In this document: in pieces, positions 12,905 to 25,200 of the stretch | How the letters are laid out: the number at the start of each line of letters is the position of its first letter | Position numbering within the stretch: position 1 is the stretch's first letter | NCBI GenBank assembly: GCA_950097015.1 | Contig: CATNEN010000001.1 | Span: forward strand, 7,688,001 to 7,752,000 | Source of the DNA: Macrostomum hystrix | Lineage: Eukaryota; Animalia; Platyhelminthes | Length of the DNA stretch: 64,000 nucleotides | Reading direction: 5' to 3' | Notes under the pieces: model-generated | What the model was told of the DNA's origin: nothing | The model's input: only the letters and a program-made list of their open reading frames with translations | The model's database searches: none | Translations under genes and position numbers: made by a program

Positions 12905-13672
12905 GCGCTTCAAGCGACTGTAGTACCAAATTTATAGAAAGCACTGATTAACTTACTCGAATCGTATTGCTAACCAGAATCTCAGTTTTGCTTTTGAAAA
13001 AAAACTCAGCTCTTTGTTATCGAAAATGTATTAATAATGTTCTCAATAAAAGTGCTCAACGCTAATGTAAAAGCTTATTCTATTTTGAGTTAGTCATTTT
13101 TATCTTGTTAATCCGTCTTTTTTCAATGCCTCAATCTAGGATATCAAATTTTTCCCAGATCCTCAGGCTAGGATCTGTCATTTTGTTAACCTAAAAAATG
13201 AACAAAAGAGATTTCATAAAAGCTTGTAAATAACCATATCTAATTTTAATTTTAGTCACGTGCTGCGCACTTACACGAGAGCTGTGAAACATTCCTGTCA
13301 AAAGTACATTTCTCTTTGATAATAAATAAACTGTGTAGGCTTTTTTCAATTAGATTTCTATGAAATTTCTCCAGTAAATAAAAACTTAGATCACTTTTTT
13401 ACTTTTTGGTGGTTTGCTTCATTGGTCGCATTGTCTAAGGCCGAGATAGAAATTGTAAACAATGACCGGTTATTGTCCGAATGCTATTGCTATGAAGTCA
13501 TAGACCATAGACATGAACAGCATCCAGCATGATAACATAATAATTATGATTTGGGCATTGTGGCAGTCGACCCGCAGCCAGTTCATCTGGTGTGTACATC
13601 TGCCCTTGACACACTCATCGTCAGGATGTGTCCACTCTCCATCCACTGTCATTTGCTGTTCGTGTTTTTGAG

Positions 13673-13892
13673 GGGGTTGTAGCCTAATTGTTAGCCTAAT
13701 TGTTACAACTTGAAGGTAGGGGGTTCGAATCCCGACGCCACTTAGATCATTTGTGTCCTCTAGCGAGACACCTAATTCCAAATTTGTTCAGTTCACCCAG
13801 CTGCTTAGATTGGCACCAGCATCCATTTGGGTGTCCATGGACTGAACAGCCGCACGCAGCCTTCAGATGTGCCGCGCAATAGCTGGGGCTGA
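13673..13892 (+). mobile_element. SINE family A, degenerate
   Basis: ggttgtagcc head, ggttcgaatcc B box, and cagttcacccagc...gccttcagatgtgccgcgc body. Confidence 0.75.
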
Positions 13893-14363
13893 AAAAAAAT
13901 AACAATTATTGCGAAGAAACAAAAACAAGAACTTAACATATTTTCGCAAATAAAATCACAGTTAAAAATATATAGTTTCTAGAATATATTTATAATTTAT
14001 GGTTTGATACTGATAAGATCCTACAGTCAGGATTAACGAAATCTTGATTGTAACACTTTTTGCGTCAAAACAATATAAATAATCAATAAATAAACCTCGG
14101 ATAACAATATTATTCTTTATGTGTGCCTAAACTTTGGAATACCAGAGACTTGCTGCTAGGTTAAAAAATTATTCACTTTTGCTTTTTTAACAAACAAAAG
14201 TTTCGTCTTCACATCATAAACTTGACTAATCAGTTTGCGTTGTAAAATTTAACATTTTGTCACAAAAATGTCTTCCAAAATCTTTGACAGATGGTTAAAG
14301 TTATAGGAATAGCCAAATACTAGTTTAATAAAAATCGATAAACAGTCAAATTAAAAAAAGCTG

Positions 14364-17300
14364 TCACACTTGCTGCGACACCAAAAACAGCTGCTGTCCC
14401 AGGGCGACTAACTCGGTGTGAAACTCGAGAGCCTGCAACGGAAACAGGAGAGAATTAGCGCTAAAGAATAGAATGGATTGCTAGTCTAGCCTCCAATGGG
14501 TGAAGGAATAGAATGGATTGCTAGTCTAGCCTCCAATGGGTGAAGGAATAGAATGGATTGCTAGACTAGCCTCCAATGGGTGAAGGAACAGAATGGATTG
14601 CTAGTCTAGCCTCCAATGGATGAAGGAATAGAATGGATTGCTAGTCTAGCCTCCAATGGATGAAGGAACAGAATGGATTGCTAGTCTAGCCTCCAATGGG
14701 TGAAGGAATAGAATGGATTGCTAGTCTAGCCTCCAATGGATGAAGGAATAGAATGGATTGCTAGTCTAGCCTCCAATGGATGAAGGAATAGAATGGATTG
14801 CTAGTCTAGCCTCCAATGGGTGAAGGAATACAATGGATTGCTAGTCTAGCCTCCAATGGATGAAGGAACAGAATGGATTGCTAGTCTAGCCTCCAATGGA
14901 TGAAGGAATAGAATGGATTGCTAGTCTAGCCTCCAATGGATGAAGGAATACAATGGATTGCTAGTCTAGCCTCCAATGGGTGAAGGAATAGAATGGATTG
15001 CTAGTCTAGCCTCCAATGGATGAAGGAATAGAATGGATTGCTAGTCTAGCCTCCAATGGATGAAGGAATAGAATGGATTGCTAGTCTAGCCTCCAATGGG
15101 TGAAGGAATAGAATGGATTGCTAGTCTAGCCTCCAATGGATGAAGGAACAGAATGGATTGCTAGTCTAGCCTCCAATGGATGAAGGAACAGAATGGATTG
15201 CTAGTCTAGCCTCCAATGGATGAAGGAACAGAATGGATTGCTAGTCTAGCCTCCAACGGATGAAGGAATAGAATGGATTGCTAGTCTAGCCTCCAATGGA
15301 TGAAGGAATAGAATGGATTGCTAGTCTAGCCTCCAATGGATGAAGGAACAGAATGGATTGCTAGTCTAGCCTCCAACGGATGAAGGAATAGAATGGATTG
15401 CTAGTCTAGCCTCCAATGGATGAAGGAATAGAATGGATTGCTAGTCTAGCCTCCAATGGGTGAAGGAATAGAATGGATTGCTAGTCTAGCCTCCAACGGA
15501 TGAAGGAATAGAATGGATTGCTAGTCTAGCCTCCAATGGGTGAAGGAATAGAATGGATTGCTAGTCTAGCCTCCAATGGATGAAGGAACAGAATGGATTG
15601 CTAGTCTAGCCTCCAACGGATGAAGGAATAGAATGGATTGCTAGTCTAGCCTCCAATGGATGAAGGAATAGAATGGATTGCTAGTCTAGCCTCCAATGGA
15701 TGAAGGAATAGAATGGATTGCTAGTCTAGCCTCCAATGGATGAAGGAATAGAATGGATTGCTAGTCTAGCCTCCAATGGGTGAAGGAATAGAATGGATTG
15801 CTAGTCTAGCCTCCAACGGATGAAGGAATAGAATGGATTGCTAGTCTAGCCTCCAATGGGTGAAGGAATAGAATGGATTGCTAGTCTAGCCTCCAACGGA
15901 TGAAGGAATAGAATGGATTGCTAGTCTAGCCTCCAATGGGTGAAGGAATATAATGGATTGCTAGTCTAGCCTCCAACGGATGAAGGAATAGAATGGATGA
16001 ATTAGAAGGAGTCACGCAAATCTAACCTGATGATGGCCTTCTGGCACGCCGTCCAGCCCTCCGTTGAGCAGTCCGTAAATGCAGCAGGCGATGGCCCCAG
16101 TCGAGTCATTGTCACCGCCGTGAAGTACCGCAGATTCGCACAGCCTCAGCCAAGTTGAAGAGCCGTCAGATGCATCGTCAGGTTTGGCATCTTGGCTGCC
16201 GCTGAAGGCGTACAACAATCCATCGTAGGCGATCATCGGCGCGTCGTGCCCGGAGGCGCCGCCCCAGCCGCTGAAGGACACGGACTTGTAGAATGCGTCT
16301 CTCTCGGCCGGTCCGTAGGGTGATTTGAATTTCGCGGGTCCACGACCGTCAAGGAGGCCGCGAACCTTCAAATAGTCGGCCCAGGCGGTGGAGAAGTAAG
16401 GCCAGTGGCGCTTGTTCTCGGCAACGTCGCGGCCTTCAAATAGCAAGTTAGGTGTAACTTAAGAGTATAACTTGTAAACCCTATGAAGGGCTAAAATGCA
16501 ATGTCTGGGACGCACCGGTCTCCTCAATGTACTTCCAAGCGGCTGGCAGGGCGGTGTGAATCAGCTCGAAGCCCCAACGTTCCAACGGCTGGCCTTGGAG
16601 AGCCAGTGCGGCGAAGTAAGCGGAGGCCAAGCTGCCCAGGTAGCCAGTCGGATGGTTGTGCGTCATTCGGCCGGCTTCAACCGCAGCGGCTACTAGACGG
16701 GGCAGCTGGTGTGGCTGCCAGAACACCATGCCGATGCACATTGAGCGCATCGCGCCGCCGCAGCCACCTCCTCTGGGAATGGCGAAACATGTTACTTTAT
16801 TGTGCCACTCTGATTAAAAATTACCGATTTAAATTGCTACAAAAATACATAATATAAAACTAAAACACAAAAATTGCGGGAAAATGCTAGAACCACCATC
16901 CCGCGTCCCGACTTCCGACAGAGCCGAGAAACGGGGTCGTTTCACAAACCCTAATTTTCACAACGTCGCAAGACACACACTTTCATAAGCCCTAAATTCA
17001 TTAAGCCCTAAATTTCACAACGTCGAAAACAAAAGTTGCTTCCGACTTCACAAGCCCTAAATTTCACAAGCCCTAAATTTCACAAGCCATAATTTTCACA
17101 AGACCTAATTTTCATTTTCATGCACATTCTGTGCATGGCTTTTCGACGTTGTGAAAATTCGGTCTTGTGAAAATTATGGCTTGTCAAATTTAGGGCTTAT
17201 GAAATTTAGAGCTTATGAAAATCTGTGCATGCCTTTTAGGCGTTGTGAAATTTAGGGCTTGTGAAATTTAGGTGTTGTGAAATTTAGGGTTTGTGAAATT

Positions 17301-18232
17301 TAGGGCTTATGAAAGGATCTGGTTTAGACGTTGTGAAAATTAGGGCTTGTGAAAGCGACTCCGAGAAACGAGCTAAAAACGCAGCACGTGCTCGGCACGT
17401 GATAGTGACCCACAAGGCTAAAAATAGAATAGTAGACCTGCTGGCGATGACAAAGTTCAGTCACGCAGCAGACGCGTGCCACTTGATAGTGACCCACAGG
17501 GCTAAAAATAGAATAGTAGACCTGCTGGCGATGGTAAAGCCCAGTCACGCAGCACGTGCGTGATCTGAAGTGACACAAATCTTTAAAAACATTATCCTAA
17601 TCTTAATTATCTTAAAAGACAATTAATTCATGAGCTCACCGATCATTGAACGCGATTTTGTACCCACCAGTCTCTTCCAGCTCGCTACAGCTGAATCTGG
17701 TGCAGTCGCCTGTCAATATTTGTTTTATGTTTTAAAAAATTATATAGTAACCTCGGAATAGCTATTATTAAATTAGTAGTCAGATAAATTTTATACCAGG
17801 AGCACGTCCAGCCATCTGCAGCATGCAGGCGCTATACTCCTTGGCCAGACGCAGAAACAGCTGCTCAGGATCCGATTCAGCAGCCTTGGCAACCAGAGCT
17901 GGAATTATGTCAAAACTATTTAGAAGTAATTATTACTTATATTCTTTTAGGACGCTCGATTAGCAATATATTGTATTATTTCACCCATTGGAGTACAGCT
18001 CACCCTTAGCTGTAGCAATATGCATGACAGTGTCGTCGCTGACTCTAAACTTGGGCAAAGCGACTTTTAAACTCGGCAGGCCGCCCATACGCAGCACAGC
18101 CGCGTGCAGCTGCACGCCATCGTAGCAGAATTCCCATTCTCCGTTCTTGTAGCCCATGGCGTCGCCGCAGGCGCTGAGCAGCATGGCCGCTGAGAAGGCC
18201 TGAGCTGTACGCCGAGACCCAATACTCGCCAT
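14364..18232 (-). CDS. ADPRH: ADP-ribosylarginine hydrolase (ARH1); exons 18232 (acceptor 18268)-18004, 17898-17797, 17709-17640, 16772-16516, 16433-16027, 14432-14364
   Basis: Motifs [64 protein letters not shown] and HGGDNDSTG are characteristic of ARH1. Splice phases are consistent. Confidence 0.93.
14465..15998. repeat. 40-bp minisatellite (~38 copies) filling the last ADPRH intron
   Basis: Unit tgaaggaatagaatggattgctagtctagcctccaatgg(a/g). Confidence 0.97.
16934..17361. mobile_element. Foldback/MULE-like MITE
   Basis: Long inverted arms built from tttcacaagccctaaa units. Ends g(g/a)gtcg. 9-bp TSD cgagaaacg at 16925-16933 and 17362-17370. Confidence 0.8.
17385..17560. repeat. ~84-bp direct duplication
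   Basis: Two copies of gatagtgacccaca..gctaaaaatagaatagtagacctgctggcgatg..cagtcacgcagca. Confidence 0.8.
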
Positions 18233-18329
18233 CGGCTGGCGAGGCGAAGCGTCGGTCGTTGAGTCGGCCTTAAAGATGTCACGAGATTTTCTTGGTATTA
18301 AATTGACAGGCCACACTTTTTTTGCACCT

Positions 18330-18830
18330 GGCTCCTATTTGTTAACACCTGACTATTCTCTCTACATAACTAGCTCTAATCTGTCAAAACTTGTCTTTTA
18401 TCTCCTCATATCTGGCTCTTATCTGTCAACGCCCGTCTCATGTTTCTTAACACCTGACTCTTGTCACTCAACACCTGGCTTTTATCTATCAACGCCTTAC
18501 TATTATTTAGCACCACTAAATATTGTCTCTCACAACCTGGCATCTTTCTCTCAACACCTGGGCATTATCACTGAACACCTGGTTCTTTTATCTCTAATAC
18601 CTGGCTCTTATATCTCTAACACCTGGCTCTTATCACTCAACACCTGGCTCTTATCACTCAACACCTGGGTCTTCTCAGTCAACACCTGGGTCTTATCTAT
18701 AGACACCTGGCTCTTATCTATAGACACCTGGCTCTTATCTATAGACACCTCGCTCTTATCTATAGACACCTCGCTCTTATCTATAGACACCTCGCTCTTA
18801 TCTATAGACACCTGGCTCTTATCATATCTA
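18330..18830. repeat. 21-bp minisatellite between LSM11 and ADPRH
   Basis: Unit acacctggctcttatctatag. Homogeneous at 18600-18820 and degenerate toward 18330. Confidence 0.85.
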
Positions 18831-19215
18831 TGAACACGTGACTTTCTAATACTAAAAAAAATAAACGAAATTAGTTTTATTTTAATCGTAAAAAGTATAG
18901 TTTTGAGTTTTGAGATCGGATTTAAGATTAAAAATGCGTAGTTAGCAAACCAGAAAATTCATATAAATCAATTATAAAAAATGACACGGTGAAAAAAGCC
19001 AGCACCAATGCTTCAGTTGTGGCGGATGAAAAAAAGCCAAACAAAATCTCTCGCAATTGCACTCGGAAGGGACAAACGAATAGAGTAGTCTAGAGTAGCT
19101 CTAGACATGGAGCTCTGAATCTAGTAAATTCTGATGCGCGACTATTTTTCTCCAAGTAGTAAATCTGAATTTCCTATCCTTGTCTCTCCAGTTTCTAGAT
19201 TCAGAGCTCCATACT

Positions 19216-20235
19216 CTAGACATCGGACAGACGAACTAGCACAATACAAGATCCGCGTAGAAGAACCTGACCAAGGTGATTGTGCTGCACTTTTGTCCGA
19301 CAATTCGAACCGCAGTCCTTGCCGCCGCTAGAAGCTTCGGCAACATCAACTGGACGAGAAGGCTGCGCCGGCGGTTTGTTGGGTCGATTAGCAGTGCCTC
19401 TGCCAACAGTCTTTGCCTCCAATCTAGCGGCTGCTCGTCTAGCATTTCTACGCTGTTTTCGTAGGAGTTCAGCAACGCAGACAGCGTCTAGATTCACTAG
19501 GCGAGTCTCGTCGGCGTCTTCTAGAACGAGATTCACGTGCTTATCAAAGCTAACTATTCGGCCACGGATGATGGAGTCAATCTGGTTCATCGAGCGAGTG
19601 TAAACCGCCACGCGAGGCTGGACGACCGTCCCCGGATTCGAGCTATCGAAGCCGCAGCATCGCCACAGGAAATGCAGAGGACCGGATTCTGGCGAGCTGT
19701 AGCGATGCTCCAGCTGCCAGGCTAGATGATGCTTCAATCGGCGCTGCTGCTTTCGACGCTGTCGCTCTAGCTGCTTCCGTAGCTGCTCTTCGCAATGCGC
19801 CGCTAGTGCAGCGTCATTAGCAACCGGGTTACTAGGCGCCGAATTCGCAGTAACAGAAGTAGACGGTAAAGTTTTATCGGTGGATGATTTCAAAACCAAA
19901 GTAGGATACTTTTCAGCGGCTTCGGCTGATGATGAAAAAGCGTCTTTAGTAACCGCGTTGCTAAGCAACAAACTCCCAGCAACAGTTGGTGCCACAGATG
20001 ATAAATTCAACGTCAACGGATGATCAATTTTAGTTTTCAACACCAAAGTCGGATACTTATTAGCGGCTTCTGCAACTAATAAAGCGTCCTTAGCAACCAC
20101 GTTACTAGGCGACGAAGTTTTAGTAGTGGATGTAGCCACAGACACTGGCGTAGATGACAAATTATGATCAGTGTTAGTTTTTAACACTAAAGTCGGATAT
20201 TTATTAGCAGCTTCCGCGGCCGCTTCCGCTGATTC
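19216..20235 (-). CDS. LSM11: U7 snRNP Sm-like protein Lsm11; single coding exon starting at an AG acceptor, no genomic in-frame ATG
   Basis: GPLHFL, split Sm1 (VAVYTRSMNQIDSIIRGRIVSFDKHVNLVLEDADE) and Sm2 (HLGQVLLRGSCIVLV) with a long insert, which is the Lsm11 architecture. The frame extends to tttcag|GAA at 20235. Confidence 0.85.
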   Translation of the reverse strand, partial: ESAEAAAEAANKYPTLVLKTNTDHNLSSTPVSVATSTTKTSSPSNVVAKDALLVAEAANKYPTLVLKTKIDHPLTLNLSSVAPTVAGSLLLSNAVTKDAFSSSAEAAEKYPTLVLKSSTDKTLPSTSVTANSAPSNPVANDAALAAHCEEQLRKQLERQRRKQQRRLKHHLAWQLEHRYSSPESGPLHFLWRCCGFDSSNPGTVVQPRVAVYTRSMNQIDSIIRGRIVSFDKHVNLVLEDADETRLVNLDAVCVAELLRKQRRNARRAAARLEAKTVGRGTANRPNKPPAQPSRPVDVAEASSGGKDCGSNCRTKVQHNHLGQVLLRGSCIVLVRLSDV

Positions 20236-21557
20236 CTGAAAGTAACGAATGAGCTCAAAGTGTTAAGTGTACTTTGATTGATTTTGCCTACTATAGAATA
20301 ATATTACGGGATTCGAACCTACGAATTTCAAGACACTATGCTGCAATAGCTGTAATAACCTTAGATAATAAATAAAGTAGAATGTCTCATGCTTGCTACT
20401 AATAGTGCTACATTTCTGAAGGCCACATTTTACGACGAAAAAAAAATAAACTGGAAACAAAATAATTAAAGACTAAGATAGTAAAACACCAAAAAATCTG
20501 CAAAGAAAAGAACTGATACTATTAACTCCAGAATTTATTCGCGCTAAAAAGTTAAAGATAATGTTTGACACAGTTCAATTGGCAATTTCGCTAAAAAGCG
20601 GTTTAAAAAGTACTTTATCAAAGCTATCCTTCTGTTAAAGAATTTTTACAATCGTTTTAAACAATTTGAAATAACAAAATTAAACTGGAATAAATTTATT
20701 TTCACAATCATAAAAGCAAAGGCAAGTCTAAGAAAATTGATTACTAGCAAAATAAATAACATACCCTCTAGTAACATTAAATAATGAAAAAGTAAAGTAA
20801 AAAATTGTCAATAAAGACTATAAAAAATGAGCAAAAGTGAAAATAATAACAGGCTTACCTGGAAAGCAGTAAAAATTGGTTTCACACAGTTTTTTCAATA
20901 CATATAGGCATCGTCTAGTTACTGAAAATTGCCATATTTTCTATACATATCGGCAAATATTTAAGCTACAGGTCCCAAACTAATGACCAAATGTAGATTT
21001 TATTATGGTGAAAGGAATTAATTATGAAGAAAAAACATGTTAACTAGCGTATTTAGAAAGCTGGTTAGGCAAAAACACGGCACATCAATAAAAATATATC
21101 AGTAAAAGTAGAGTAAAAGAGTTACTCCAACCAAAAATTTCGATAGCAAGGCACTTTTTCTGCTGCGATAAAAAAACTAGCGAGTTTTTATATATCACTA
21201 CTAACGTTCGTTAAAAAAAGTAGTATTATAAGCAAGTTGCTAAGAAAAAAATACAAAAAACTCAAAGTAAAAAAAAATACGGAATACAAAAGCTATAATT
21301 AGTACATGTCCTCGAATTCCTATCGAATAATTAAGCTAATGATACAGCTTGAAGTTTTGAATTGTCAAAGTAAAAGCTACGACTAATTGTACAAATAAAC
21401 TATAAACGAATAAACTCTAATTTTATAAATTTACCCCACTGCTAAAAAAGTAAAAAAGGACTTAAACATTCCCATTTTAAAGGACTGTTTAATAGAGTCT
21501 AGATTAAAGCAGTGAAATATTTACAATTTACAAAGACACCCTTACCGTTAACAATAA

Positions 21558-22192
21558 AACTTTCACGATTCACAATGAAATCTATCACGATTCACAATGA
21601 AATCTGTCACGATTCACAATGAAATCTTTCACGATTCACAATGAAATCTGTCACGATTCACAATGAAATCTGTCACGATTCACAATGAAATCTTTCACGA
21701 TTCACAATGAAATCTTTCACGATTCACAATGAAATCTTTCACGATTCACAAATAAATCTATCACGATTCACAAATAAATCTATCACGGTTCACAATGAAA
21801 TCTTTCACCATTCACAATGAAATCTTTCACGATTCACAATGAAATCTGTCACGATTCACAATGAAATCTTTCACGATTCACAATAAAATCTTTCACGATT
21901 CACAATGAAATCTATCACGATTCACAATGAAATCTATCACGATTCACAATGAAATCTATCACGATTCACAATGAAATCTATCACGATTCACAATGAAATC
22001 TTTCACGATTCACAATAAAATCTTTCACGATTCACAATGAAATCTTTCACGATTCACAAATAAATCTTTCACGATTCACAATGAAATCTTTCACGATTCA
22101 CAAATAAATCTTTCACGATTCACAATGAAATCTTTCACGATTCACAAATAAATCTTTCACGATTCACAATGAAATCTTTCCCGATTCACAAT
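21558..22192. repeat. 21-bp minisatellite (~30 copies)
   Basis: Unit tcacgattcacaatgaaatct(t/a/g). Confidence 0.95.
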
Positions 22193-22274
22193 TGCTACAG
22201 TCTATATAAGTGTTGCTCCTTGAACAGCTCAAACTAACGATCCCAATGCAAAAAAACAGGCGTGAGCGATTGAA

Positions 22275-25200
22275 TCACAGCCTTATAGCAGATCCGAATG
22301 CTTGCGCAATGGCCAGGCCGGCTCGCAGGCGATCGTGAGGATGGCACAGGTACAGCTCGGCCAGGTGGTCAGTGAGGTGAAACACGGACATATCCATGAA
22401 GCTGGCAAGCTGTTCAGCTAGTCTGGAGTCGACACCGGCGACAACGGCGACGCCGTCAAGCGAGTGCTGAGCTAGAACTGCCTCCACAGCTGATCTAATT
22501 TTGGCTTTATTACCTGACTGCGAGGCGGACAGCAGGTTGCCGAAATCGATGTCGCGAATCAGCGCCACCTGGTCAGACACGGTCGAGAGCAGGGTGACAA
22601 CGCTGTCGTCGCCTGGCGGCTTCCGACCGTCGGCCTGCGATCGACGCTGGTGAACAAATAGAAATCCGACACGAAGCCGCGGCGGCGCGGGTGTCGACGA
22701 TGTCGGAGACGACGGCGGCGTGAGCAGGTGGTCACGCATGCCAGGCGTGACGGCGGAGGCGGCCAACGATGGCAGGCGAGCCTGGCTGGCCAGGATGGCT
22801 AGGAATCTGCCCGCCGGTTGGTCGCGCTGCAGCAGGGTGGCGCACACCGGCTTGCTGGCGATGGAACGAAGCACTTCGCCGAGGCGCGCAATGGGGTACT
22901 GGCCAACGAAGAACAATGCGCCGTGGTTTAGCAGCAGACCGCTCACCTGGACGACAAAAAGAAAACAAATAGCTGCATTTGGATAAATCAACATTTACAG
23001 CTTTCCTTGAGTAGATAGAAAATATTAAAACTAGATAGGGAATTCAAGCCTTTTACCAAGACTAGATAGGAAATTCCAGAATTCATCCAGACTAGTTAGG
23101 GAATTCCTGGATTCCGCAGACTAGATAGGGAATTCTAATATTCACCTAGACTAGATAGGGAATTCCTATATTCACCTAGACTAGATAGGGAATTCCTATA
23201 TTCACCTAGACTAGATAGGGAATTCCTATATTCACCTAGACTAGATAGGGAATTCCTATATTCACCTAGACTAGATAGGGAATTCCTATATTCACCTAGA
23301 CTAGATAGGGAATTCCTATATTCACCTAGACTAGATAGGGAATTCCTATATTCACCTAGACTAGATAGGGAATTCTAATATTCACCTAGACTAGATAGGG
23401 AATTCTAATATTCACCTAGACTAGATAGGGAATTCCTATATTCACCTAGACTAGATAGGGAATTCTAATATTCACCTAGACTAGATAGGGAATTCCTATA
23501 TTCACCTAGACTAGATAGGGAATTCCTATATTCACCTAGACTAGATAGGGAATTCCTATATTCACCTAGACTAGATAGGGAATTCCTATATTCACCTAGA
23601 CTAGATAGGGAATTCTAATATTCACCTAGACTAGATAGGGAATTCCTATATTCACCTAGACTAGATAGGGAATTCCTATATTCACCTAGACTAGATAGGG
23701 AATTCTAATATTCACCTAGACTAGATAGGGAATTCTAATATTCACCTAGACTAGATAGGGAATTCTAATATTCACCTAGACTAGATAGGGAATTCCTATA
23801 TTCACCTAGACTAGATAGGGAATTCCTATATTCACCTAGACTAGATAGGGAATTCCTATATTCACCTAGACTAGATAGGGAATTCTAATATTCACCTAGA
23901 CTAGATAGGGAATTCTAATATTCACCTAGACTAGATAGGGAATTCCTATATTCACCTAGACTAGATAGGGAATTCCTATATTCACCTAGACTAGATAGGG
24001 AATTCTAATATTCACCTAGACTAGATAGGGAATTCTAATATTCACCTAGACTAGATAGGGAATTATAATATTCACCTAGACTAGATAGGGAATTCCTATA
24101 TTCACCTAGACTAGATAGGGAGTTCCTATGTTCACCTAGACTAGATAGGGAATTCTAATATTCACCTAGACTAGATAGGGAATTCTAATATTCACCTAGA
24201 CTAGATAGGGAATTCTAATATTCACCTAGACTAGATAGGGAATTCTAATATTCACCTAGACTAGATAGGGAATTCTAATATTCACCTAGACTAGATAGGG
24301 AATTCCTATATTCACCTAGACTAGATAGGGAGTTCCTATGTTCACCTAGACTAGATAGGGAATTCTAATATTCACCTACACTAGATAGGGAATTCTAATA
24401 TTCACCTAGACTAGATAGGGAATTCTAATATTCACCTAGACTAGATAGGGAATTCTAATATTCACCTAGACTAGATAGGGAATTCTAATATTCACCTAGA
24501 CTAGATAGGGAATTCTAATATTCACCTAGACTAGATAGGGAATTCTAATATTCACCTAGACTAGATAGGGAATTCTAATATTCTCCTAGACTAGATAGGG
24601 AATTCCTATATTCACATAGACTAGATAGGGAATTCCTATGTTCACCTAGACTAGATAGGGAATTCTAGGATTCACTCAGACTACACAGGATATCCCTGGA
24701 TTCTCCCAAACTAGATGGGGAATTCCCGGATTCAATCAGACTAGATACCCTAAATTACCCGAACTTAAACAACAGAAATTCCTGAATCTTACCTGTGTAA
24801 GATCCTTATCAACTAGAGCAATATCGATGGATCCTTCGGCCCTAAGAGCCAACACAACCGGGTGATCCTTCTGGCACACGTCGCCATCTTCGTCGCGATC
24901 TTCGAATGCCACCAGAGCTCCGTTGTAATAGAATGCGGCTGCTGGCATCAAGAAATCCTTGGCGCGACCCTCCAGCAACAGGGCTTTGACGTCAGCATCG
25001 TAAACTACCTCCTTGATCTTTGAAGCCTTTGCCTTCTGGTCTAGTAGCAGTGTGCGGGCCTGTACAAAATGAAATTAACAGATAAGAACTCCACGAATCT
25101 GCAGATAAGAACTCCACGAATCTGTAGATAATAACTCCACGAATCTGCAGATAAGAACTCCACAAATCTACAGATAAGAACTCCACGAATCTGCAGACAA

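Noticed and set aside
14465-15998. CRISPR-like regular 30-46 bp repeats (also 23030-24740 and 32693-33520)
   Set aside because: Head-to-tail units with no unique spacers, no cas genes, and a eukaryotic intron context.
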